From Eledone cirrhosa (taxonomy: Eukaryota), in assembly GCA_964016885.1 (NCBI GenBank), contig OZ024740.1:200198001-200262000 (forward strand): a stretch of 64,000 nt of DNA, in the 5' to 3' direction. Every line of letters starts with the position of its first letter. Position 1 is the first letter of the stretch. A model generated the notes under the pieces. It worked only from the letters and a program-made list of their open reading frames with translations, did no database searches and was not told where the DNA came from. Position numbers and translations under genes: made by a program. Shown piece by piece: positions 16,214-28,082 of this stretch.

Positions 16214-16634
16214 GGTGTATGTTGGTTAAATTCCTTAAAACTGTAGAGTGCTCAACTAATCGGGCTGGAAAGTGCCAATCGTATATGTAATATAGAATAT
16301 GCTTCAATCAATCCCGGTTGGAGCTGTATAAATGAAGTAATTCCGTCGGAAAAGTCCAGGAAAAAAGAGTGCTCTGTGTAGGTAACATAGCTTAATAGTT
16401 ATGTAATAAACAACATAAGGCAATTATTCCATTTACCAGTGGTATCTTAAAGGCAAATAATTTTGCTTTCAATCCTCAGAATGAAAAAATCCTGGTCTGT
16501 TTATTGACTTTGGATTTTACAAACAAAAATGCAATCTATATGAAAGTGAGGCTGGAGAAAGAAGAAGGAAAGGAAAAATAAAATAAAACCACAGATGCAA
16601 ACACACACACAAACACACACACAAAAGCATACAT

Positions 16635-16689
<55 letters not shown>

Positions 16690-16852
16690 CACTCATACAT
16701 ACACACACACATATACATATATGTGTATATAAATACACACATACACATACATATACACCTACATACATACGCACATAAATATCAACACATCCATAAATAC
16801 ACATACATGTATACAACCACACACACATATATACACACATATATATATAGAA

Positions 16853-16924
<72 letters not shown>

Positions 16925-17365
16925 GCATACACATACACATACATATACATACATACATACATACATGCACACAATCATACCTATATACACATGTACATAC
17001 ATACACATACATAAATGCGTACATATGCATGTACAAAATTATGAAAATATACACACCTCTACATATTCACACACGCAAATAAATATAGGAAAAAATATAT
17101 ATAAAAAATTAAATAATAAACAGTTGACAGCGATACAAGCGACGAGTAGATGAACAGATACGCGTGGTAAGCAATACACACAAATACACGTACACATATG
17201 TACGAAAAAGTAAATACATACACAGACTCTCACACATAAATATACATATACAAATACATAAATACATACATACACATACACAAATACATACACAAACACA
17301 CACATACACACACACATATACATATATACACACACACACATACACACACATATATATACATATAT

Positions 17366-17410
<45 letters not shown>

Positions 17411-17544
17411 TACACACACACACATACACATATATATATATATATACATACACACACACATACATACATAGCTATACAATTATACACATACAAATACGGA
17501 CGTATCACAAACACGCACAACCAAATACAAACACACACACATAC

Positions 17545-17576
<32 letters not shown>

Positions 17577-17745
17577 GTGTGTGTAAAACTCAATATTAGA
17601 TAATTCATATGAACACTATATATACATATATATAGTAGTAATGTAATAAACAACATAAGGCAATTATTCCATTCACCAGTGGTTTCTTAAAAGCAAAGAA
17701 ATGTTGCCTTCAATCCTCAGAATGAAAAAAACCTGGTCTATCTAC

Positions 17746-17777
<32 letters not shown>

Positions 17778-17778
<1 letters not shown>

Positions 17779-18100
17779 CAAATGATAATAAGGGCGCTGC
17801 GGAGTTGCAAATGGGTTACATATGAAAAAAGTTTGTCCTTCATCAGTGATCTTCCAACTATCATAGGCATTTCATCGCTTTAAAGACCATATACCTCCGG
17901 TTGGTGCGAGCAACGGCTAAAAAAAAGTCGTTGGGACACGTAAATAAAGGGGACGCGAGGGTAAACAAACAAAATGGTGAGGCAACAGAAAGTGAGGAAG
18001 AAGGATACAAGTCCCAGATTTCTATGAATTTAAGTTCGATGAAATCGTGAACGAGAGAATAAAGACCATCAAACCTGGTTGAAATGTGAGCAAGGAAGGA
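17778..18100 (-). mobile_element. Secondary insertion into the (TA)n of the second pLTR; related copy at 25092-25246 in opposite orientation
   Basis: Absent from the first pLTR; 17820-17978 is the diverged reverse complement of 25092-25246. Confidence 0.75.
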
Positions 18101-18215
18101 TATACACATACATACACATACATTATGGTATGTGAAGGGTAAGGCAAAAAGAATACAATGCCATAGATTGCATTTTTGTTTTTAAAATAAAAATTCAATA
18201 AACAGACCACGATTT

Positions 18216-18275
18216 TTTCATTCTGAGGATTGAAAACAAAATCTTTTGCTTTTAAGAAACCACTGGTAAATGGAA
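18216..18275 (+). ncRNA. Type I hammerhead ribozyme (intact, GUA site)
   Basis: TTTCATT-CTGAGGA-TTGAAAACAAAA tc TTTTGCTTTTAA-GAAA-CCACTGG-TA-AATGGAA; four variant copies on the minus strand near 12457, 13747, 16427 and 17667. Confidence 0.82.
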
Positions 18276-18300
18276 TAATTGCCTTATGTTGTTTATTACA

Positions 18301-18361
<61 letters not shown>

Positions 18362-18839
18362 GTGTGTATGTGTGTGTGTGTGTATATATGTATATGTCAC
18401 TGCCATTCTTTCCATTCTATTTTCCTCTTACTAATTCTGCTCCTCATTTAACCTCCGTGAGACTTCTCTTAAATAAATCTTTAATTGTTGTCTAGAGAAT
18501 TAGGAGAACTTGCAGAATAACAAGACTCACTATTTAGCCTTATGGAAATTAATCTATGTGTGTGTATGTAAATGAGTTTCACCAGAGATCATTACGAAAT
18601 ATATGAAATACAATTTCTTTACAACAGAATATTTATGTGAATACATTTGCCTCAGATATAATTTTCTCTCAGCAAGCGGTGATGAATCCACATTCAGTAA
18701 CAGTATTGCCATACAAACAATTAGTAAACGATAGCCATAAACAATACCACGAAATACGCTATATATCTTACTGGTCCATCCTATAATATTGTATGATCAA
18801 TATCATCATGATTCGTGGTATAGTTAAGCCCCGTTACGT

Positions 18840-18915
18840 GCTCAGTTAAAATCCAGCCGAGGTTAGCTTTGGCTTTCATCCTTACGAGGTCGATAAAACA
18901 AAGCACCAGTAAGAG
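18840..18915 (+). mobile_element. SINE fragment (Meta-core-like)
   Basis: CCGAGGTTAGCTTTGGCTTTCATCCTTACGAGGTCGATAAAA, the same core as 42228-42416. Confidence 0.7.
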
Positions 18916-18999
18916 AAAGTGCCAAAAATATTCATGAACTGGGGTCGTCCTGGAAGCAGGGTCATTTGCTGAATCACCTCAGGTCATTACATATGAATG

Positions 19000-21010
19000 T
19001 GGCTCCCGTCAGCGAGACAAAGATTTCCCACACACGCGCACTAACCCGTATTTTCGACGACTATTAGTTCTTGCGCATCGCTTAGTCGGCCGAGAATGGA
19101 AGCTGGGGTGTCAGTGATGTTTTGAAAACTCTATAATCTCGATGCAATGACGATCTTCCTGGATCCGGACTGAAAATTGGCGGTCCTGGATGTGAGCAAT
19201 GGCGAAGGTGGTGCCTTTAGATTGGTGGTCGTCTACGCTCCGACCTGGTCCGACAGCCGGATTTCTTTAAGCAGGAGACGGGAACAACACCTTAGACGCA
19301 CGCTCGGATTGTGTGAGTACCTGATAGGAGTGGGTGGTACAAAAGCCTTAAGTTCCTGTTAAGCCAGTTCTAACTGTCTGATAGGTGCCGATTAGTTATC
19401 CCTATATGGCTTGTATTGACCTGGATCAATCACCGAGGGTTTTCTAGATCATATATAGATTCGTTATTATGAGATCAGTGGATTAGGATAGCATAAGTTA
19501 TCCACATTTCCGAACGGTCACCTATTCGATCAATGAGCCCGACTGACAGGTGCACATTGTCGTAACAAACCCGCGATTTGGATTTTGACGGACCAGTTCG
19601 AACTAGAGTTGAACGATTCCGGGCAGATACCCTGCTCTGTTGCACGAGGCACGTCAACAGAGTCGGATGGTCTCATTTTGCGTTTTACGTATATATTCCA
19701 GATTTGTATGATCTGCTAGACGTGGTCTACTGTGACTGGCAGCAGAAGAGGAGTATTCTCAGTTCTGCTAATGAGGAAAGAGGGGAAAAAGAGGGATAAC
19801 TTCGATGACTTCATGCTCATAACTCTAAACCCAGAGTTTAAGATTTTGGCCAACATGTTAATGATGTTTATGCTTATTGTCGAGGGTTTCGGTTAGGAGC
19901 TGCGAACTTGCGCAGTCCCGACAAGATCCATTCGAGACAATCTCTATTTTATGCGATATATACATATTGACACTCAATTATTTACTGCCGAAATTGGGGC
20001 TGTTGCAGGGAACCCCACTTGAATTGGGACGTATAAGGGTTGTGTCGGCATATACAGACGACATTGTATTGAAAGCTCAGAAATCAAGGTGGTCGGCCGT
20101 TTTAGAAGAATATAAAAGGTTGAGGGGGAGCAAAACTGAACCCGGAAAAAAAGAGTAGGTTTGCAGCTTGTCACCTGGATAAGTATTTACATGCCGTCCA
20201 ACAGCTTCGCCTGTCACTCCACAGACGGTCCGGTGTAGTTGCTCAGGGTCTGGTTCAGACAAGATCTCCAGGTGGATAAGAAATGGGACGAGGTAATGAG
20301 CAGGATGACCACTCCCAACCAGAAATGAGCAGGTGGAGGTGGCCACCGCATACGTCACGCCAGTCATCTACTACCACCTGATCATCGGGCCGTTTCCCCT
20401 TTTGCACATCACAAAACTGGAACGTCTGCTCTTCAACATTTTGTTGGAAAGGACAGTTTCCATTGGTGAGGTGGTCCATCTGCTGCCAGGATGTTCTACG
20501 GGGTGGGCATGGCAGGGCTGGTGATACGGCATCTTCAGATTTTAAAAATCGAATAGGTTGGGTCACGGTTTATGTGACAGGCCTTTCCTCAGCACATCCG
20601 TTTGCCTGAGCGGCTGTCTTGGCTCAATAAGAGACTGAGACTTGGCGCCTGGCATCTTAAATGTTTCCAGGCGCTCACATCCCTCTACAAGGCGTGCAGT
20701 GTGGTCAGTTGAATTACCAGTCTAGAGTTCTATAGAGGGAAGAGCAGACAGATTTACTCAGACTAGTGGACGTAGTGAAAGACGTCATTTAGAAAGTAAG
20801 GTGATAGTGGAGAGGGAAGTGCTGCCCCCAGTACATTTACTAAATGGTGGGCGAATGTTTGTGACAATGGCCTTTGTGAATGGGACTACACTAAGAATGC
20901 ACATCTAGGCTGGCTGATTTGAAGAGGAACGGGATATCCTCCTCAGGTGCTCTCGAAGCGTCGTGTGGTTCAGGATTGTTGGGTTCCTGACTCGCCCTGG
21001 GTGGTTCTCC
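19000..21010 (+). mobile_element. Highly decayed L1/Tx1-like LINE
   Basis: Fragments FRLVVVYAP (APE endonuclease), ITL..EFKILA (RT) and VSAYTDD (YADD-like); GC-richer than flanks; boundaries approximate. Confidence 0.6.
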
Positions 21011-21244
21011 TTTTCGTTTTTTTTTTTTTGTTTATTATTATTTTACATAATGTTTAACTCGATGTTTTGTAAAAGGCCCACGATCCCTGTTTCTGTAATG
21101 TCCCTTATATGTTGACACTTATGGCCATAGTTCTAAGAAACCAGAGAAACGGTACGGTGGTAATATATTATAGCCATGTTGTATTGTTTCAAATAATTTA
21201 CCTATGAGATGGGGACGGTTTGTGTAAACATAAAGACACACATG

Positions 21245-21317
<73 letters not shown>

Positions 21318-21336
21318 ATGTATGTATGTATGTATG

Positions 21337-21503
<167 letters not shown>

Positions 21504-21657
21504 ATATATATAGAGAGATTTTGAGATTTTTATATATAGATTATGATTCCAGTTCCTCAGTGAAATAACAACCAAACCAGGAACTGGGCATATCAGAGTG
21601 TTGACAATATTATACACCTCAACAACATATGTACTTGTCTATACCACACTAATTCGG

Positions 21658-21712
21658 ACTGCCTGAAGAGGTCACAGCCAAAGATGGCTGTCACCGAAAT
21701 ATATATAGCAGT
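21658..21712 (+). ncRNA. Type I hammerhead ribozyme in a solo pLTR fragment (about 21535-21762)
   Basis: ACTGC-CTGAAGA-GGTcACAGCCA aaga TGGCTGTcACC-GAAA-TATATA-TA-GCAGT; core and stems I and II intact, palindromic stem III. Confidence 0.88.
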
Positions 21713-21755
21713 AATAAACGAAGCTAAATTTTAAACATTTGACTTTATTTAACTT

Positions 21756-21826
<71 letters not shown>

Positions 21827-21844
21827 CATATATATATATATATA

Positions 21845-22012
21845 TAGGAAAATGTTTAGACGGCTATTTCTGGAGTCCTAAATAGCCGTCGAAACGGCTT
21901 GAGCTCTGCTGTCAGGGTCAAACATTTTCCTATTACCCACTCTACTACCCTAAGTATTGAGTACTCTGGTGCGTTATGGTCCATCTGGTTCCTTACCACA
22001 CCTCCTTCGTTA
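21845..22012 (+). mobile_element. Mini PLE derivative, family A copy 3 (14-bp inverted arm)
   Basis: Diverged match to 10858-11012; ATAGGAAAATGTTT is the inverse of AAACATTTTCCTAT; (TA)n flanks. Confidence 0.82.
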
Positions 22013-22119
22013 TATATATATATCTACATATATATATATATATATACATACATACACACACACACATATATGTGTGTGTGAGTGTGTGTGTGTGTCTGTG
22101 TGTGTGTGTGTGTGTGTGT

Positions 22120-24085
22120 ACAAATAAGAAAAATATACTTATAAACAACAAATATTGTATAAAAAATAATACAATAGAATGTGCTGCAATAAACTGATTT
22201 TATTAAGTATAATGAACAGCATTTATCTTGGAGACAGACGACTTGTGGATGTTTACGGAGGTGGAGGAGGAATGCTGAACTGAATAACTGATTCTTATTC
22301 TCTGATTTTTGCCCTTTTCGCCACGCTTTCCTAACTTTTATCTGCAGGAGATTTCGGTAAAAAAAAATGTCATTAAATAGCGTCGTCGCACGCACAGCTG
22401 CAACTTTTTCTGTGTGTTTCGCTTGAATAAAGTCTGAAATTTTCTCCCACATCCCCAATATTTCCTTTATCTCACTTGTAGAGATAACCTCCTCCGTGTC
22501 ACCTATTTCCTTCAAAACCTCCATGTGCTGCTGCATCTGTAGCTACTTTAGCTCCTTCGTTGTCAGTTCTTCGGAGTGCTCCTCGATGAGCTCATTGATG
22601 TCTCCTTCATCCATGTCCAGGCCCATGGACTTGCCCAGGGATACAATCTCTTCCACCACTGCCGGTTCGGGTTCGAATCTTTCAAAGTCCGTTTCAGACA
22701 CAACCTCAGACCACAGCTCCTTCCATGCAGAGGTCAAGGTCCTCTTTGTAACACCCTGCCAGGCCATATCGATAATTGTGAGGCATATCACGTTGTTATA
22801 GTTGTCCTTCCAGAAATCTCGAATAGTGAGATTTGTGCACTCAGTCACCTCAAAGCAGAACAGGTGCTTGGTGAAGAGCTGCTTGAAATTAGAAATTACC
22901 TACTGCTCCGTGGGCTGCAGGATAGGGGTGGAATGTAGAGAACCTTTATAAACTTGAACTCTTCGAGGATGTCATCTTCGAGGTTAGGTGGCTGAGCAGG
23001 TGCATTGTCCAGGACGAGAAGGGCTTGCAGGTGTAGGTTATTTTCCTGGAGAGATTTCTTAACTTCAAGACCAAAGACCACATTCACCCACTCCACAAAG
23101 GATTGCCTGGTGACCCACGCCCTCGAGTTTGCCCTCCACACAACCTGCAGTTTTTTTCTTTCAGAATATTATGTGACTTAAAGGCTCTGGGGTTTTTCCG
23201 AAACATAAACGGCTTAATCTTGTAGTTGCTGCTCGCATTGGCACACAGTGTGAGTGTTAACCTATCCTTCATGGTTTGTGGCCTGGCATCCTCTTCTTCA
23301 CTGCCGTTATATAAGTCCTCTTTGGCATCTTCTTCCAAAAAAGTACTGTCTCGTCACAGTTGAAGACTTGCTGAGGGATGTATCCATCGGCTGCTATAAT
23401 TCCGGCAAACGTTTTGAGGTAATCCTCAGCTGCCTTCATATCTGCACTCGCTGTCTCACCGTGTCTGACAACGGAGTGAATGCTGGTCCTCTTTTTAAAA
23501 TTCTCGTACCAGCCCCAACTGGCTTTAAACGGTTTGCCCAATGCCTCGTCCGTCGAAGTACCTGGGGTCTGCTGCAGCAAATCAGCGTAAATAGCTCGTG
23601 CCTTATCGCAGATTATAGTCTTCGTCACGGTATCTCCTGCGAGCTGCTTCTCCGTCAACCAAACTATCAGCAGCTTTTCCATATTTTCATGGATGGATGT
23701 CCGCTGTTTAGATATTATTTTAACTCCCTTGGCTGGCGGTATAGCTTTTATCGATTACTTCTGCTTCAGTATGGTGTAGATGATAGACATGCTTGTACTG
23801 CTTCGCCAAGTCGACAAACGTTTTTCGATACTTTATTTCTTTAATTCAATGCACATTATCCGCTTCTTCTTCTTAGCACTGTCCTTCGTGTTCACTATCG
23901 TCGGACCCATGGGATGCTGGGCGGATTTACGGCGTTCACTGTGGCGGTCGCTACGCCAACTTGAGGTGGGGTAACTGAAGTTGGTTCACAACCCGAATTT
24001 TAGCTCGCAACTCAAAGCCAAAAAATACTGGCTGGTATCTCGAAAAACTCGTTAGTTGGGACACTCGTAAATCAAGGTACCACTG
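22120..24085 (-). mobile_element. Tigger/pogo-family DNA transposon, decayed (CENP-B HTH plus DDE transposase)
   Basis: MEKLLIVWL..FKASWGWYENFKKR..HGETASAD..QQVFNCDETVLFWKKMPKRTYI, KDRLTL..CANAS, WRANSRAWVT, LLVLDNAPA; terminus TA-CAGTGGTACCTTG at 24073-24087; other TIR not seen. Confidence 0.92.
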
Positions 24086-24334
24086 TATTATTATTATTAT
24101 ATTACATTCAACGTAAAGGATGTCATGAATGATAGAAAATCAAACATATGTCTTGTTTCTAAAAACAACTAAAGATAGAATTCAGAGTATAAAATCGAGC
24201 CTTAACCAGAAAGTTATTGAAAAAGGTCCATATACACTTAAGCGTGCATTAAGATATATCAAATCAAAACTAGAGACAATCTGCACTGAATGTAAGATTA
24301 CTTTACGAATTATGTAATCTTAGATTCACTGCAG

Positions 24335-24336
<2 letters not shown>

Positions 24337-24408
<72 letters not shown>

Positions 24409-24421
24409 CTCTATCTCTCTC

Positions 24422-24454
<33 letters not shown>

Positions 24455-24470
24455 TTCTCCCTCTCTCTTT
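24337..24470. repeat. (CT)n microsatellite
   Basis: Direct reading. Confidence 0.95.
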
Positions 24471-25239
24471 ATATATAAATATACATATATATATATATAT
24501 GCATGCATATAATACACACACACATATATATATATATAATATAATCCCATATATTTTTATTTGTTTGACCCGAATTACTTGGTCGTTTTTTTTGCTATGC
24601 GGATGATTGTTTAATCATCGTCTCAGTTGTTTGGCCTTTAACGTATGTTGTAGCTCTAGTTCATCTGAATCAGTGAGCGCTTGCCACACATCTCGGAAGT
24701 TGTTTTTCGTTAATTCTTAAGCCGAAATACGATTCTCGCTAATTTATATTTGTATTAATCTCCAGAGTCTAGCTATTGACCAGTTAATTATCTTGATTTT
24801 TTTAGTTGATTCTATTGACTGATGCATAGCTTATGTTAACATATAACCAATCTGTTGAGAGCTTTATTCGATTTGTGATGTTTTGCATTCTTGCAATAAT
24901 ATACACAACTGAATTCATTCGCTTAAAATAAGGGTTGCCTCCATTGCCGAGCTCCACGTGGGGTCGGTAGCAGTCATTCCTTAAATTAGCACTCGAACTA
25001 AAACCTGTTGATAAAGTGGCTTCCTTGTTCAGTCATCTTACCAGAAGCCTAACATTATATATGTAAGGGGACAGTACTTTCTGCTGCTTAAACCATTTTG
25101 TTTGTTTACCCTAGCGTCCCCTTTATTTACGTGTCCCAACGACTTTTTTTAGCCGTTGCTCGCACCAACCTGAGGTATATGGCCTTTAATGCGACGAAGT
25201 GCCTACGACGGTTGGATGGCCAGTGATGAGGACAAACTT

Positions 25240-25282
<43 letters not shown>

Positions 25283-25338
25283 TAAACAAATAATGAATAA
25301 AACAATGAAACAGTTCCTTATATTAAACAATTTGCTCC

Positions 25339-25381
<43 letters not shown>

Positions 25382-25385
25382 GCGC

Positions 25386-25444
<59 letters not shown>

Positions 25445-25453
<9 letters not shown>

Positions 25454-25855
25454 TTCAAGATATTAACAAAAATAGACATTCGTGTGATCAACTATATTTT
25501 ATTATACATATTTCAGAGGTACTGAGCTAATTTCAACAGTACGTCCTCATAAGATAAAATAAGATGATGCATGACATACCCTGACATAGTAGATGGTTAA
25601 GAATCTTAACCATCTACTATGTCAGCGTATGTCATGCATCATCTTATTTTATCTGATGAGGACGTACTGTTGAAATTAGCTCAGTAAATCTGAAATATGT
25701 ATAATAAAATATACTTGATCACACGAATGTCTATTTTTGATAATATTTTGAATTAATATTAAGAACTCCTGAAAACCGGTTTTGTTGAGTGCTTCCAATC
25801 TATTGTAAAACTCATTCTTTGATTTATTCATTGAACCTTGTTTAACCTTTAAATA
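25445..25855. mobile_element. Non-coding head-to-head PLE insert, near-perfect palindrome of about 315 bp plus tail
   Basis: Arms 25445-25602 and 25604-25761, centre GGTTAAGA-A-TCTTAACC; right arm continues about 90 bp to (TA)n. Confidence 0.88.
25645..25711 (+). ncRNA. Type I hammerhead ribozyme
   Basis: TATTTTAT-CTGATGA-GGACGTACTG..CAGTAAATCT-GAAA-TATGTA-TA-ATAAAATA; the minus twin has CTTATGA. Confidence 0.8.
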
Positions 25856-25874
25856 TATATATATATTATTTGTT

Positions 25875-25978
25875 CATAGCTACGGCTTCCTAAAACCGTA
25901 TTTCTTTGGAGATACGAAATATTTATACATATCGTATAAAGCTATGCTTGAAGCGAAATCCTATTTCTTTTTTTATAT
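25875..25978 (+). mobile_element. Fragment of the 36552-36822 family
   Basis: CATAGCTACGGCTTCCTAAAACCGTATTTC..; reverse complement of 36552-36652. Confidence 0.75.
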
Positions 25979-25994
25979 GTATATATATATATAT

Positions 25995-26187
25995 ATACAA
26001 ATATATTACACAGAGAGAAGTGTGTTACACAGCGAGATGTGTGTAAAAGATTATTACATGTGTAACACACTTCTCTCTGTGTAATATATTTGTATTTGAG
26101 CTCAGATGAAAATTCTCTGTTCTTCGAGAGAGAATACTATTATTACTGTGAACTGACTGCGGAATACTTTAATTCCGATCTTTGTAT
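25995..26187 (+). mobile_element. Mini head-to-head PLE insert
   Basis: 37-bp inverted arms (25995-26031 and 26059-26095) plus a tail of about 90 bp with CTC-AGA..TCT-TC-GAG; (TA)n flanks. Confidence 0.65.
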
Positions 26188-26723
26188 ATATATATATATA
26201 TACAAATGGATAGTCTGATATGTATATACGTAATATATGTGATTTGTAGTCTTTTATAGACAATATATATGCCAGCAAACAAACCATAATGTTTTTGCTA
26301 TGCATTTTGTTAAGGAAGGCGTCATAAGTATTAAATTATATATCTCAGTATTCCCGTGAAAACGTACAACTAAATTTAGTTAATTTCCCAAGTCTCAGGT
26401 TATATTTCACGACGTATTCAATTTACACCATCTTCGTATGTTATCCATATCTTCCTAATACATACAACAACAGAATGCATATATATATAAATAGAGAGAG
26501 AGAGAGAGAGAGAGAGGAAGAGAGAGAGAGAGATAGAGCGAGAGCGAGAGAGAGAGAGATAGAGATAGAGAGAGAGAGAGAGAAAGATGCACACACATAT
26601 ATATATATACACTATAACAGAAACAGATGCCTTTACCTGTAGATGCTATGCTAAACTTCTTAGAACAGTCAAATATAACGCCCACCTACATAGTCACTTC
26701 GCACATATACACACGCACCCACC

Positions 26724-26788
<65 letters not shown>

Positions 26789-28082
26789 GTAGGAGGTGAG
26801 TTTTATTGTAGTACAATAAAGCAATGCAGATATCGGATAAGAAGCACTCTACAGTTTGTAGGACTGGAGTATACATAATATATAAGTTCAAAAGATGGTT
26901 AAAGGAGTTCCATCTATTTTATTATGCGCATTTCAAAATCAAACATCATCATTCAATAATATTTGTGTTTTCATCAGATAAAACAGGAGAACATGATATG
27001 AAGGCTAAAAAACACTTGTGGATAGTGCAGTTTTAAATCAACATATGAAAAGTAGTTTTAGATTGATGTGTGGTATTGGGAAACATATTTTATTTAGAGC
27101 GGGGGGGGGGTGGAAAGGATGAAAACAGGGGAGGAGATGAGAGTGAAGGTGGAGAGGGAGAGATGGGTGATAGAGAGAAAGAGATAGTTTTTATAACTGA
27201 GAGAAGATATATTGTTTTACATAGAGAGGTTGAAAACCGTTGGAAGATAATGTATAAATTAAAAGAATTTGAAGATTAACGAAGGGAAAAATATGTACGA
27301 GGAAAAAATATTTTATTTAGAGAGGAGGGGTGGAAAGGATGAAAAAAGGGGAGGAGATGAGAGTGAAGGTGGAGAGGGAGAGATGGGTGATAGAGAGAAA
27401 GAGATAGTTTTTATAACTGAGAAAAGATATATATTGTTTTACATAGAGAGGTTGAGAACCGTTGGAAGATAATGTATAAATTAAAAGAATTTGAAAATTA
27501 ACGAAGGGAAAGAGAGGGAGTTGATATGTATTGAGATTTAAAAGTTTGAAGATAGAGAGAAAAAATAATAATTGCGGATGAATATTCTAACGTCAAAAAG
27601 GTGTATGTTTGTAAGTATTATGGCAATTTCAAGATTAACGAAGAGAAAAAAATTATTAAGGTTTGTGTATTGAAGTTAATGTTTGTATATTGAAGGAATT
27701 GATAATATGTGCGAAGAAAGAGTTAATATGTATTAAAATTATTAAGGTTTGTGTATTAGATGATTTGAGAAAAATAATGTGAAGTTAAGGTTTTTATATT
27801 GAAGGAATTGATAATTTGTGCGAAGAAAGAGTTAATATGTATTAAGAATGAGTTAGTTGATGGGAAGAAAAAAATATATTATTAAGGATGAATATTCTAG
27901 CGTCAAAATATATTATGTATACTCCAGTCCTACAAACTGTAGAGTGCTTCTTATCCGATATCTGCATTGCTTTATTGTACTACAATAAAACTCACCTCCT
28001 ACATTAACTTGCTCCTTAACGGTTGAGCGCTTACTCTCATATTGGATACCTTTTGATGGTCTTTTACCTCTTCTTCTACAAC

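Larger units (their letters stand above)
12361..18308 (-). mobile_element. Penelope-like element (Nematis-like, tentative) with long direct pLTRs and a short inverted arm
   Basis: Direct repeats at 12361-13948 and 16327-18151; inverted arm at about 18162-18308; ORF between the repeats; (TA)n flanks. Confidence 0.9.
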
